Assembly (NCBI GenBank): GCA_963789955.1
Contig: CAWBMV010000019.1
Location: 1 to 64,000, forward strand
Reading direction: 5' to 3'
DNA: 64,000 nt
From: an uncultured Candidatus Rokubacteria bacterium
Lineage (GTDB): Bacteria > Methylomirabilota > Methylomirabilia > Rokubacteriales > CSP1-6
This document shows positions 1 to 9,608 of the stretch, piece by piece; position 1 is the stretch's first letter, and the number at the start of each line of letters is the position of its first letter. The translations under genes and the position numbers were made by a program. The notes under the pieces were generated by a model. The model was given only the letters and a program-made list of their open reading frames with translations. It searched no databases and was not told the origin of the DNA.

Positions 1-48
1 ATCATAGCCGGGCTGACGATCGTCTTCACCACCCCGTTCCCGGCCCAC

Positions 49-1371
49 TCATGACCCGCGGGGCACGCGCCCCGCCACCGCCCGCACTTTGCTCGGAGAG
101 GCCAGCCAGATCGCGACGGCCGACACCACGCTCGCGCCGATCGAGAGCCAGAACGCGAGCACGTAGTCGCCCGTGCGATCGTGCAGCGCGCCGGCGATCC
201 AGGGTCCCATCGCGCCGCCGATGATCGAGGTCAGGCTCAAGGTGCCGAAGATCATCCCGTAGTGCCTGCCCTGGAAGATCTCGGCTGGAATCGCGCCGAA
301 GACCGACGCGAGCCCGTAGCCGAGCGCGCCCTGCGCGGCGACCATCAGATAGAGGAGCGCGGGTGTCGGCTGCTCGCGCATCATCAGGAGCAGCGCGTAG
401 GAGATCACGAAGCCGGCGCACGCGAGCGTCCACACCCACTCGCGCCCGATGCGGTCCGAGAGATGGCCGAGCGCGATCTGGCCCACGATGCCGGTGAAGC
501 CGACGAAGCCGAGCGCGTAGGCGGCGACACCGGGCGCGAAGCCGATCTCGATCAGGTACTTGGTCTGGTGCACCTGCACGGCGTACCACGCCCAGAGCCC
601 GCCGAAGAATCCGATGGAGACCCACCAGAAGCGCGCGGTGCGCATCGCGCGCGCGAGGGTCCAGTCGACCGAGGCCCACGCGTGGTCGACGACGTTCGCC
701 GGATGCCGACCGGCCCGCGCGCCGGCCTCGAGCGCGCGATCGCCGTCCGGCAGGAGCCCCAGGTCTTCCGGGCGACGACGCGTCAGGAGATTCAGCGGCG
801 CCAGCACGACGACGACGAGCGCGGCCATCGCGAGGCACGCGGTGCGCCACCCGAAGCCTTCGATCAAGCGCTGCATCCACGGCAAGATGACGATCGAGCC
901 CACGCCGACACCGGAGAACGCGATGCCGATGGCAAGGCCGCGCCGGCGCACGAACCAGTTCGGCAGGAAGAGCGCGTGCCCCGTGTAGCCGAGGCACACG
1001 GTGCCGCCGGCGACGAGGACGCCGAGCGTCAGATAGAGATGCCAGGGCGCCGTCACCAGCGGCGCCAGCCCGAGCCCCGCGCCGACCATCACGACTCCGA
1101 GCAGCATGACCGCGCGCGGGCCGCGCCGATCGATCAGCCGGCCGAGGATCGGGCCGAGGATCCCCGAGGCCAGGAAGCCGAACGAGAAGGCGCCGGCGGT
1201 GAGCCCGCGCGGCCAGCTGAACTCGTCGAGGATCGGCGGGAACAGGAGCGAGAACACCGTGCGCGCGTTGACGCCGATGCCCATCGTGACGAACGCGACG
1301 GCGATGACGATCCAGCCGTAGAAGATCGAGCCGGAAGCTGGCGCGGAAGATTTTCCGACGGGGCGGCGCAT
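49..1371 (-). CDS. MFS transporter
   Basis: 440 aa with about 12 hydrophobic segments and MFS motif A (GRLIDRRGPR, GHLSDRIGRE). Confidence 0.9.
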   Translation of the reverse strand: MRRPVGKSSAPASGSIFYGWIVIAVAFVTMGIGVNARTVFSLLFPPILDEFSWPRGLTAGAFSFGFLASGILGPILGRLIDRRGPRAVMLLGVVMVGAGLGLAPLVTAPWHLYLTLGVLVAGGTVCLGYTGHALFLPNWFVRRRGLAIGIAFSGVGVGSIVILPWMQRLIEGFGWRTACLAMAALVVVVLAPLNLLTRRRPEDLGLLPDGDRALEAGARAGRHPANVVDHAWASVDWTLARAMRTARFWWVSIGFFGGLWAWYAVQVHQTKYLIEIGFAPGVAAYALGFVGFTGIVGQIALGHLSDRIGREWVWTLACAGFVISYALLLMMREQPTPALLYLMVAAQGALGYGLASVFGAIPAEIFQGRHYGMIFGTLSLTSIIGGAMGPWIAGALHDRTGDYVLAFWLSIGASVVSAVAIWLASPSKVRAVAGRVPRGS

Positions 1372-1418
1372 GCGAGCCGGTTGATTCTACTGTATGATCC
1401 GCTCTGCCGTAGCGCGCG

Positions 1419-1545
1419 TCTGATCGCTGTGCGCGCTGCAGATCGTCGCGGGGCTGGGGCCTCGCCGATCGAGGTGCGCTTCTGATCGCTGTGCGCGCTG
1501 CAGATCGTCGCGGGGCTGGGGCCCCGCCGATCGAGGCGCGCTTCT
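1419..1545 (+). repeat. Two tandem 62-bp copies of a palindromic (REP-like or structured RNA) element
   Basis: 1419-1480 and 1481-1542 differ at only 2 positions; core GATCG-TC-GCGGGGC-TGGG-GCC(T/C)CGC-CGATC folds into a hairpin; third copy at 49893-49945. Confidence 0.9.
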
Positions 1546-1564
1546 ATGATCCGGGAGGCAGACC

Positions 1565-1954
1565 ATGCTGGGCGACATCGTCGAGCTGACCGTCGTCGTG
1601 CGCGACATCGAGGCCGCGATCGAGCGCTTCACCGGGCTCTTCGGCTTGAAGGTCCATCATCGCGCCGAGTCCAAGGAGTTCGGATTCAAGAACGCGATCC
1701 TGCCGACCGGTATCGGTCACATCGAGCTCCTGCAGCCGACCGACCCGGACAAGGCGGTCGGCCGCTTCCTGGCCAAGCACGGCGAAGGCGTCTATCTCGT
1801 CGGCTTCGAGTGCCAGGACATTCCGGGCAGCGTCGAGCGCTTGAAGAAGGCCGGCGTCCGCGTCGACGGCCGCCGCGCGGACGTCGCCTGGGTGCATCCG
1901 CAAGACACGCACGGGCTCTTCGTCGAGCTCCGCAAGCGCGAGTCGTACACGTGA
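1565..1954 (+). CDS. VOC family protein (methylmalonyl-CoA epimerase-like)
   Basis: IELLQP, GEGVYLVGF, HGLFVEL motifs; GGAGG RBS upstream. Confidence 0.8.
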   Translation: MLGDIVELTVVVRDIEAAIERFTGLFGLKVHHRAESKEFGFKNAILPTGIGHIELLQPTDPDKAVGRFLAKHGEGVYLVGFECQDIPGSVERLKKAGVRVDGRRADVAWVHPQDTHGLFVELRKRESYT

Positions 1955-3105
1955 GCATGCAGACGTTCCGCTTCGAGCTCGGCGAGCTGCCGCCGGAGGC
2001 GGAGGCGCTGCGCGCCGAGGTGCGCGAGTTCCTGCGCCAGGAGCTCGGCGACGCGGCGCCGGTGCGGCGCGCGCACTCGTGGGGCGGCTTCGACCGCGAG
2101 TTCAGCAAGAAGATGGGCGCGCGCGGCTGGATCGCGATGACGTGGCCCAAGCGCTACGGCGGCCACGAGCGCAGCGCGCTCGAGCGCTACGTCGTGCTCG
2201 AGGAGATGCTGGCGGCCGGCGCGCCGGTGTCCGCCCACTGGATCGCCGATCGCCAGTCCGGCCCGCTGCTCCTGCGCTTCGGCACCGAGGCGCAGCGGCA
2301 GAAGTTCTTGCCGGCGATCGCGCGCGGCGAGCTGTCGTTCGCGATCGGCATGAGCGAGCCCGACTCGGGCTCCGACCTCGCCTCGCTGCGCACGCGCGCC
2401 GAGCGGGTGCCCGGCGGCTATCGCGTCAACGGCACCAAGGTGTGGACGAGCAACGCGCACCTCGCCGACTACATGATCGCGACGTTCCGCACGAGCCACG
2501 ACCCGGCGAAGAAGCACGAGGGGCTCTCGCAGTTCCTGGTGGACACGAAGCTGCCGGGCATCACGATGAGCCCGATCATCGATCTCGCGGGCTCGCATCA
2601 CTTCAACATGGTCGTCTTCGACGACGCCTTCGTGCCCGAGGACATGCGGGTCGGCGAGGAAGGCGCGGGCTGGAAGCAGGTGACGACCGAGCTCGCCTTC
2701 GAGCGCAGCGGGCCGGAGCGGTATCTGTCGAGCTTCGCGCTGCTGCTCGAGCTGATTCGCGAGGTGTCGAAGGATCCAGGCGAGCGCGCCGCCGCGACCG
2801 TCGGCCGGCTCGTCGCGCACCTCGCCACCCTGCGCCAGATGTCGCTCTCGGTCGCCCTCATGCTGCAGGCAGGCGAGAATCCAAACCTGGAAGCCGCCGT
2901 CGTCAAGGACGTGGGCACGACCTTCGAGCAGGAAGTGCCCGAGGTCGTCCACGCGCTGCTCGGGGTCGAGCCGACGATCGATACGGGCAGCGATCTGCAG
3001 CAGGTGCTCGGGTTCCTCATGCAGCGCGCGCCGTCGTTTTCGCTCCGCGGCGGCACCCGCGAGATCCTGCGCGGCATCATCGCGCGCGGCCTGGGGCTTC
3101 GATGA
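1951..3105 (+). CDS. Acyl-CoA dehydrogenase family protein (subunit 1)
   Basis: GMSEPDSGSDLA, NGTKVWTS, RGGTREILR motifs; GTG start overlaps the upstream stop (alternative ATG at 1957). Confidence 0.9.
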   Translation: MSMQTFRFELGELPPEAEALRAEVREFLRQELGDAAPVRRAHSWGGFDREFSKKMGARGWIAMTWPKRYGGHERSALERYVVLEEMLAAGAPVSAHWIADRQSGPLLLRFGTEAQRQKFLPAIARGELSFAIGMSEPDSGSDLASLRTRAERVPGGYRVNGTKVWTSNAHLADYMIATFRTSHDPAKKHEGLSQFLVDTKLPGITMSPIIDLAGSHHFNMVVFDDAFVPEDMRVGEEGAGWKQVTTELAFERSGPERYLSSFALLLELIREVSKDPGERAAATVGRLVAHLATLRQMSLSVALMLQAGENPNLEAAVVKDVGTTFEQEVPEVVHALLGVEPTIDTGSDLQQVLGFLMQRAPSFSLRGGTREILRGIIARGLGLR

Positions 3106-4160
3106 ACGAGCTACGGACGATCCTGGGCGACGTCGTCACGCGGCTCTTCACCGACCTCGTCACGAAAGATCTCCTCGAATCCGCCGAGACGGGCGCCTGG
3201 CCCGAGGCGCTCTGGCAAGCGGTCGAGGAGAACGGGTTGACCCTGCCGCTCGTCCCCGAGTCCAAGGGGGGTGCCGGCGGAAGCTGGGGCGACGCGTTCG
3301 TGGTGGCGCGCGCCGCCGGCCGTCATGCGGTGCCGCTGCCGATCGTCGAGACCATCGTCGGCTCGTGGCTCCTTGCGACGTCCGGGCTCGACGTGCCGTC
3401 CGGGCCGCTGACGATCGCGCCCGTTCATCGCGAAGACCGCCTGCGCCTGACCCGCGCCGGGAGCGGCTGGCGGCTCGGCGGCACCGCGTCGCGCGTGCCC
3501 TGGGGCCGCGCGGCCGGCCACGTCGTCGTCGTCACCGAGGCCGAAGGGCGGACGATGGTCGCGCTCGTCGCGCGCGGTGCCGGCCAGGTCAAGACGGATC
3601 AGAATCTCGCGCGCGAGCCGCGCGACACCGTGCTCTTCGACGCGGCGCCCGTCGTGGCGGCCGCGCCGGCCGGTCGCGGCATCCCGGCGCAGGCGGTCTC
3701 CCTCTACGGCGCCCTGGTGCGCTCGGCGCAGATGGCCGGCGGCCTCGACTATCTCCTGCGCCAGGCTTCGCAGTACGCGACCGAGCGGCGCCAGTTCGGC
3801 AAACCCATCGGCTCGTTCCAGGTGATCCAGCAGAACCTGGCGGTGCTCGCCGGTCACACCGCCGCCGCGGGCACGGCCGCGGCCAACGCGTTCCGCGCGG
3901 CCGACCGCGGCGATGCCGCGTTCGAGATCGCCGTCGCCAAGGTGCGGGTCGGCGAGGCCGCGGGCATCGGCGCCTCGATCGCCCACCAGGTGCACGGCGC
4001 GATCGGCTTCACCTACGAGCACGCGCTGCAGTTCGCGACGCGCCGCCTCTGGTCGTGGCGCGCGGAGTTCGGCGGCGAGGGCGAGTGGGCGGCGGAGCTC
4101 GGACGGGCAGTCGCCGAGCGCGGCGCCGACGCGCTCTGGCCGCACCTGACCGCGCGATGA
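3102..4160 (+). CDS. Acyl-CoA dehydrogenase family protein (subunit 2)
   Basis: RRQFGKPIGSFQVIQ and HQVHGAIGFT motifs; ATGA overlap with previous gene. Confidence 0.88.
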   Translation: MNELRTILGDVVTRLFTDLVTKDLLESAETGAWPEALWQAVEENGLTLPLVPESKGGAGGSWGDAFVVARAAGRHAVPLPIVETIVGSWLLATSGLDVPSGPLTIAPVHREDRLRLTRAGSGWRLGGTASRVPWGRAAGHVVVVTEAEGRTMVALVARGAGQVKTDQNLAREPRDTVLFDAAPVVAAAPAGRGIPAQAVSLYGALVRSAQMAGGLDYLLRQASQYATERRQFGKPIGSFQVIQQNLAVLAGHTAAAGTAAANAFRAADRGDAAFEIAVAKVRVGEAAGIGASIAHQVHGAIGFTYEHALQFATRRLWSWRAEFGGEGEWAAELGRAVAERGADALWPHLTAR

Positions 4161-4188
4161 TCAACCCAGACGAGAAAGGAGCTTCAGA

Positions 4189-5298
4189 GTGAAGATCACC
4201 GACGTCACGCTTACTTTATTCGCCTGGACCGATATCCCCGCGACGACGTACGGCCGCCATACCGGCCGCTTCAGCGGCAAGAGCCAGCTCGGCCTGCTCG
4301 CGATCAAGACGGACGACGGCGTCGAGGGCCACGCGTTTCTCGGCTCCGCGCAGCGCGGCGCCAACCTGGACGGCGAGTCGCTGATCCAGTTCCTCAAGCC
4401 GGTCGTGATGGGCCAGAACCCGCTCGATCGCGAGCGCCTGTATCAGGGGCTCTGGCAGCGCAATCGCGCGACGACGTATCGCGCGATCGGCGCCGTGGAT
4501 ATCGCGCTCTGGGACATCGCGGGCAAGGTGGCCGGGCAGCCGATCCACCGACTCCTCGGGTCGTATCGGGACAGCGTGCCCGCCTACGCGAGCTCCGCCG
4601 TGCTGCCCTCGAAGGAGGCGTACGCGGAAGAGGCCGCCAAGTTCAAGGCCGAGGGCTGGAGCGCATACAAGATCCATCCGCCGACGGATCCCAAGGTCGA
4701 CATCGAGGTCTGCGAGGCGGTGCGCCGCGCGGTGGGCGACCACTTCACGGTGATGCTCGACTCGACGTGGGCGTACGTCTATCCCGAGGCGCTCAGAGTC
4801 GGGCAGGCGGTGGAGCGGCTCGGCTTTCACTGGTACGAGGATCCGCTGGCCGACGACGACATCTACAACTACGTCAAGCTGAAGCAGAAGCTCTCGATCC
4901 CGATTCTGGCGACCGAATACTCGCCGGGCGGCTTCACCGCGTTCGCGCCGTGGCTCACCGCTCAGGCGACGGACTACCTGCGCGGCGACGTTGCGGTGAA
5001 GGGCGGGATCACGTCCCTGGTCAAGACGGCGCATCTGGCGGAAGGCTTCCACATGAACTTCGAGGTGCACCACGGCGGCAACTCGCTGAACAACGTCGCC
5101 AACCTCCACGTGATCATGGCGATCAAGAACTGCGAGTTCTTCGAGGTGCTGCTGCCCGCGGGGGCGCAGAAGTACGGCCTCGCGGAGGACATCGAGGTCG
5201 ACAAGAGCGGCTACGTGCACGCGATGAACGGCCCGGGGCTCGGCGCCGCGATCGACTTCGCGTTGATCGAGCGGAAGAAGACCGCCGTTCTGTCCTAG
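4189..5298 (+). CDS. Mandelate racemase/muconate lactonizing enzyme family (enolase superfamily)
   Basis: AIGAVDIALWDIAGK, MLD/WYEDP/ATE metal ligands, C-terminal PGLG; AAGGAG RBS. Confidence 0.88.
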   Translation: MKITDVTLTLFAWTDIPATTYGRHTGRFSGKSQLGLLAIKTDDGVEGHAFLGSAQRGANLDGESLIQFLKPVVMGQNPLDRERLYQGLWQRNRATTYRAIGAVDIALWDIAGKVAGQPIHRLLGSYRDSVPAYASSAVLPSKEAYAEEAAKFKAEGWSAYKIHPPTDPKVDIEVCEAVRRAVGDHFTVMLDSTWAYVYPEALRVGQAVERLGFHWYEDPLADDDIYNYVKLKQKLSIPILATEYSPGGFTAFAPWLTAQATDYLRGDVAVKGGITSLVKTAHLAEGFHMNFEVHHGGNSLNNVANLHVIMAIKNCEFFEVLLPAGAQKYGLAEDIEVDKSGYVHAMNGPGLGAAIDFALIERKKTAVLS

Positions 5299-5302
5299 CC
5301 CG

Positions 5303-6046
5303 GTGCGCTCGGTCCTGTTCGACCATATCGCGATCGCCGTGCCGCGCCTGGCCGATGCCGAGGCGATCCTGGCGGGCGAGCTCGCCGGCCGTTCGACGTT
5401 CGGGATGACGACGGACGAGTTCCGCTTCTGGCACTGGCGCTACGAGGGCGGCGGCGATCTCGAGATCCTGGAGCCCGCCGGCGCCGACGGATTCCTGCAC
5501 CGCTTTCTCACGCAGCGCGGGTCCGGGATCCATCACGTCACGTTCACGGTGCCGAGCCTCGTCGACGCGTGTGAGCGCGCCCGAGCTCACGGCTACTCGA
5601 TCGTCGGCTACGACGACTCGGATCCGGAGTGGAAGGAAGCGTTCCTGCACCCGAGACAAGCGCAGGGCATCGTCGTCCAGTTCGCCGAGCCCAATGCCGA
5701 TCGACCGCCATCGAGCCACGAGGGCGACGGACACGGCCGGCCCTCGGAGCGGCGCGGTACGGCCGCGCCGATCAAGGTTCTCGGCTTGCGTCTCAGCGCG
5801 CGCTCGAGAGAGCGGGCTCACACCCAGTGGGGCGCGGTCGTTCAGGGCGTTCGCGCCGACGGCGGCGACGGCGCGCTCGTGTACCGCTGGCCCGGCTCGT
5901 TCATGTACATCGCGATCGAGATCGACGCCGTGCGCGAGGAGGGACCGCTCTGGATCGAGTACTCCAGCCGGCGGGCGGTCTCGCTTCCCGACCACGATCC
6001 GCATCCGGTCCTGGGCGCCGTGTTCAAGCGGCGGCCGGCTGACTAG
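5303..6046 (+). CDS. VOC family protein with C-terminal extension
   Basis: FDHIAIAV, LEILEP, GIHHVTF, EAFLHP motifs. Confidence 0.78.
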   Translation: MRSVLFDHIAIAVPRLADAEAILAGELAGRSTFGMTTDEFRFWHWRYEGGGDLEILEPAGADGFLHRFLTQRGSGIHHVTFTVPSLVDACERARAHGYSIVGYDDSDPEWKEAFLHPRQAQGIVVQFAEPNADRPPSSHEGDGHGRPSERRGTAAPIKVLGLRLSARSRERAHTQWGAVVQGVRADGGDGALVYRWPGSFMYIAIEIDAVREEGPLWIEYSSRRAVSLPDHDPHPVLGAVFKRRPAD

Positions 6047-6077
6047 GCGCGACTGCTGGGTAGCAAGAGGAGGCCAC

Positions 6078-6548
6078 GTGCCGCTTCAAATCCGACGAGC
6101 GCTGTCCGGCGACTCTGAGCGCCTGACCCAGATCGCGCGCGCCGCCAAGGCGCACTGGGGCTACCCAGAGACATGGCTGGCGGCGTGGAAGCCGATTCTG
6201 CGAATCACGCCGGAGTACACCGAACGCCAGCTCGTCTATGTCGGCGCGCTCGGTCCCGAGCTGGTCGGGTTCTACGCGCTCGAGCCCCGCGACGACCGCT
6301 GGTCGCTCGAACACTTCTGGGTCGACCCGCGCTGGCACGGGCGCGGCGTCGGCCGGCACATGTACGTGCATGCCGTCGATCGAGTCCGCACGATTCGCCC
6401 GGGCGTCCTGGTCATCGAAGCCGATCCCTATGCGGCCGCCTTCTACGCGCGGATGGGCGCGCGACAGACGGGAACCGTCCCCGCTCCGGTCGAAGGTGAC
6501 CCCGATCGCACCCTGCCGGTCTTCGAGGTCGAGGTGAAGGCCGTCTGA
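6078..6548 (+). CDS. GNAT N-acetyltransferase
   Basis: KAHWGYP, VDPRWHGRGVGR acetyl-CoA motif, FYARMG; GAGGAGG RBS before GTG. Confidence 0.85.
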   Translation: MPLQIRRALSGDSERLTQIARAAKAHWGYPETWLAAWKPILRITPEYTERQLVYVGALGPELVGFYALEPRDDRWSLEHFWVDPRWHGRGVGRHMYVHAVDRVRTIRPGVLVIEADPYAAAFYARMGARQTGTVPAPVEGDPDRTLPVFEVEVKAV

Positions 6549-6550
6549 GC

Positions 6551-7171
6551 ATGAATCAGCCCGTTCTCTCGGGTCCGACGGTCACGTTGCGCCCGCTCGC
6601 GCTCGCCGACGCCGGCGCGCTCGCGGTGGCCGCCGCCGAGTCCAGGCAGCACTATGTCTACACGCGCGTGCCGGACGGGGTCGGAGAGGCCGAGCGCTAC
6701 ATCGCGGCGGCGCTTCGAGATCGTGACGGCGGCCATCGCATGCCGTTCGTCACCCTGTGGCACGACCGGGTCGTGGGCAGCACGAGCTATCTCGATATCG
6801 AGCAATGGCGCTGGCCGGAGGGGTCACCGCTCCAGCGGACGGACCGGCCGGACGCGCTCGAGATCGGCGCGACGTGGCTGTCGGACTCGGCGCAGCGCAC
6901 ACGCTGCAACACCGAGGCGAAGTATCTGATGCTGACCCACGCGTTCGACGTGTGGGAAGTCCATCGGGTCGCGCTGAAGACCGACGAGCGCAACGCGCGC
7001 TCGCGCCGGGCGATCGAAAGGCTGGGAGCCAAGCTCGACGGCGTGCGGCGTGCGGACATGCCGGGCCAGGACGGCTCCGTCAGGAACTCGGCGTACTACT
7101 CGATCGTGCGGGCCGAATGGCCGGCCGTGCGCGCGACGCTCGAGCAATCGCTCGCCGACAAGCCATGGTGA
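6551..7171 (+). CDS. GNAT N-acetyltransferase (RimJ/RimL-like)
   Basis: EIGATWL, NTEAKYLML, KTDERNARSRRAIERLGA motifs. Confidence 0.88.
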   Translation: MNQPVLSGPTVTLRPLALADAGALAVAAAESRQHYVYTRVPDGVGEAERYIAAALRDRDGGHRMPFVTLWHDRVVGSTSYLDIEQWRWPEGSPLQRTDRPDALEIGATWLSDSAQRTRCNTEAKYLMLTHAFDVWEVHRVALKTDERNARSRRAIERLGAKLDGVRRADMPGQDGSVRNSAYYSIVRAEWPAVRATLEQSLADKPW

Positions 7172-7836
7172 AAGCCCTCTCGTTCTTCAAGCGCCGGGCA
7201 GGGATGCCCGTCGAGGAGTTTCAGGGTTACTGGTGCAGCCGGCACCCGGACGTCGTCACGAAGCTTCCGGGCATTCGTCGGTACGTCCAGTCGCACACGC
7301 GCCCGGCCGCCTACCAGCGCGGGGAGCCCGTGTACGACGGCATCGCGGAAGTCTGGTTCGAGGACACCGCGGCGATGCATGCCCTGCGCGGCACCGCGGA
7401 GGTAGCGGCCGTCCAGGCTGACGAGGCCCGATTCATCGATCGGTCCACGATGGGATTGATCATCACCGACGACCACGTGATCACGGACGGCCCCGTCCCG
7501 CCCGGCGCGGCGAAGGGTGTCGGGTTCGTTCGCCGCAATCCGGGAATGACGGTCGAGGCATTTCAGAGGCACTGGCGCGAGATCCACGGGCCGCTGGGCG
7601 CCGCGCTGCCCTCGTTGCGGCGCTACGTCCAGAGTCACCCGCGGCCCTCCGCCTACGACCGAGGACGCGACCCGGCCTGGGACGGTATCGCCCTCATCTG
7701 GTTCGACGATTCCGCGGCGCTGCGCGCGGCGACGACGACACCGGCATGGGAGCGGGCGAAGGCCGATGACGGCAACTTCATCGCGCCCGGGCCGGTCGCG
7801 TTCATCATCACGACCGAGCATGTGATCGTTGCCTGA
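7165..7836 (+). CDS. Tandem EthD-domain protein
   Basis: Two repeats of R..GM..E.F..W...H...RRYVQSH...DGIA..WF.D. Confidence 0.85.
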   Translation: MVKALSFFKRRAGMPVEEFQGYWCSRHPDVVTKLPGIRRYVQSHTRPAAYQRGEPVYDGIAEVWFEDTAAMHALRGTAEVAAVQADEARFIDRSTMGLIITDDHVITDGPVPPGAAKGVGFVRRNPGMTVEAFQRHWREIHGPLGAALPSLRRYVQSHPRPSAYDRGRDPAWDGIALIWFDDSAALRAATTTPAWERAKADDGNFIAPGPVAFIITTEHVIVA

Positions 7837-8506
7837 CGCGCCGGCGCCGCGGCCCCTCGTCCTGCTCTTCGATCTGGACGGAACGTTGACCGATTCGAGA
7901 TCCGGCATCGTGCGCTGCATGAAGCACGCGCTCGACACCTTGGGCGCGCCGTGCCCGCCGGACGACGTGCTCGCGTCGTTCATCGGGCCTCCGATTCGGG
8001 GAACGTTCGCGACTCTGCTGGCGACGTCGGACCGGAGCCTGATCGAGCGGGCGATAGCGCTCTATCGCGAGGAGTACGGCGAGCGCGGGCTCTTCGAGAA
8101 CGAGATCTATACCGGCGTCGGCCAGATGCTCGACCAGGCCTGCGAGCTCGCGTCGGCGGCGTTCGTCGCGACCGCGAAGCTGAAGATCTATGCCGACCGG
8201 ATCGTGCGCCGACTCGGGCTCGAACGATACTTTGCCGGGGTCTATGGACCCGACCTTAGCGGTCGCCTCGACGACAAGGCGGACCTCCTCGCTCACCTGC
8301 TCGCCAGCGAGAACGTGTCGCCTGAGCGCGCGGTCATGATCGGGGATCGGGCGGCCGACGTCGTGAGCGCCCGGGCCAATCGTGTCCGGTCGATCGGAGT
8401 GCTCTGGGGATATGGGTCCGAGTCCGAGCTCAAGAATGCCGGGGCCGACGCCCTATGCGGGACGCCGGCCGAGCTGGCGACCAGCCTGCGCCGACTCGCC
8501 GGCTAA
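7829..8506 (+). CDS. HAD family hydrolase (phosphoglycolate phosphatase-like)
   Basis: FDLDGTL motif I; MIGDRAAD motif IV; GVLWGYG. Confidence 0.88.
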   Translation: MPDAPAPRPLVLLFDLDGTLTDSRSGIVRCMKHALDTLGAPCPPDDVLASFIGPPIRGTFATLLATSDRSLIERAIALYREEYGERGLFENEIYTGVGQMLDQACELASAAFVATAKLKIYADRIVRRLGLERYFAGVYGPDLSGRLDDKADLLAHLLASENVSPERAVMIGDRAADVVSARANRVRSIGVLWGYGSESELKNAGADALCGTPAELATSLRRLAG

Positions 8507-8543
8507 ATTTCCGGCGTAGCGCGGGTGTGGATTACCCTTTCGG

Positions 8544-9098
8544 GTGTCTGGCCACACCACTTTACTGGAGGACCGAACATTGATTTGTTGGCGCCCCACA
8601 TCTGAGCGTCGCGTTCGAGTGGTCCGATCGCTCGTCGCGGCCGTTGTGCTCGTGCTGCTCGCGGTCACGGTCGGCCCGTCGGCGGGTCAGGAGCGCCTCG
8701 TCAGCAAGCAAGACGCCGATCGAATCTTCGGGCTGAACCGCACCCAGTGGGAGGCGGAAGCGCGGCGAATGGTCGATTCGCAGACCTGGAAGGTCTGGCC
8801 CGGATCCGGCGAGCAGGGCACCGGTGTCATGGCCACCGACCCGAAAACCGGAGTCGGACTCGCCGTGCGTCCCTCGTTCAGGAACCCGCAGGAGCCGCCC
8901 GAGACGCTCGTCGTCGGCAGCTACTATCCGATCGGGACGTTTCGGCGGTTCAGCGATCGGACACGGCGCGAGATGGAGTCGGCCGCCGGCTCCGACTTCG
9001 GGTCGGCATACTCGGTCACCGTCGCCTTCAGCAGCACGCCGTCGCCGGCCCCCGGATTCGACGTGGTCGAGGTCATCATCACGCGCGCCCGGCGATGA
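8544..9098 (+). CDS. Hypothetical exported protein (start uncertain)
   Basis: ORF with signal-peptide-like hydrophobic stretch (SLVAAVVLVLLAVTVG); fits gene order. Confidence 0.55.
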   Translation: MSGHTTLLEDRTLICWRPTSERRVRVVRSLVAAVVLVLLAVTVGPSAGQERLVSKQDADRIFGLNRTQWEAEARRMVDSQTWKVWPGSGEQGTGVMATDPKTGVGLAVRPSFRNPQEPPETLVVGSYYPIGTFRRFSDRTRREMESAAGSDFGSAYSVTVAFSSTPSPAPGFDVVEVIITRARR

Positions 9099-9140
9099 CC
9101 GAGCTCGGCGGCCACGTCCGGCGGCCGCCGCGAGGCAGGG

Positions 9141-9608
9141 GTGGAGTCAGGACGCCCGTTCATCGAGACGCTGCACGAGTTGCCGCCGGCCGGTATTCGT
9201 GATTTGCTCGCCGACAGTGAAGCGGCCGGATCGCGCATCGTCCGCCGGCTCGTGGCCGAATGGGCCGATCGCACCAACCGGTTCGACCGCCCGGGTGAGG
9301 CGCTGTTCGGCGCGTGGGCCGGCGGCCAGCTCATCGGCGTGTGCGGGCTCAACGTCGATCCCTACGCCGGCGACGATCGTGTCGGAAGAGTCCGGCACCT
9401 CTACGTCCTGACCCTCTCACGCCGACTCGGCGTTGGCAGACAGCTCATGACGCAGGTCATCGATAGCGCGGGCGACCGGTTCGACACCTTGCGCCTGCGC
9501 ACCAACAACGAGGCAGCGGCGCGCCTCTACGTCGCGATGGGCTTTCGAGCATTCACCGGCGCCGGCGAGTGCACGCACATCCTGGAGCTCGCGCGGAGGT
9601 CTGGGTGA
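9141..9608 (+). CDS. GNAT N-acetyltransferase
   Basis: GVCGLNVDPY, RVRHLYV...RRLGVGRQL, ARLY..MGF. Confidence 0.85.
   Translation: MESGRPFIETLHELPPAGIRDLLADSEAAGSRIVRRLVAEWADRTNRFDRPGEALFGAWAGGQLIGVCGLNVDPYAGDDRVGRVRHLYVLTLSRRLGVGRQLMTQVIDSAGDRFDTLRLRTNNEAAARLYVAMGFRAFTGAGECTHILELARRSG

Noticed and set aside
1419..1545. CRISPR array
   Set aside because: Two directly adjacent 62-bp units with no spacers and no cas genes.
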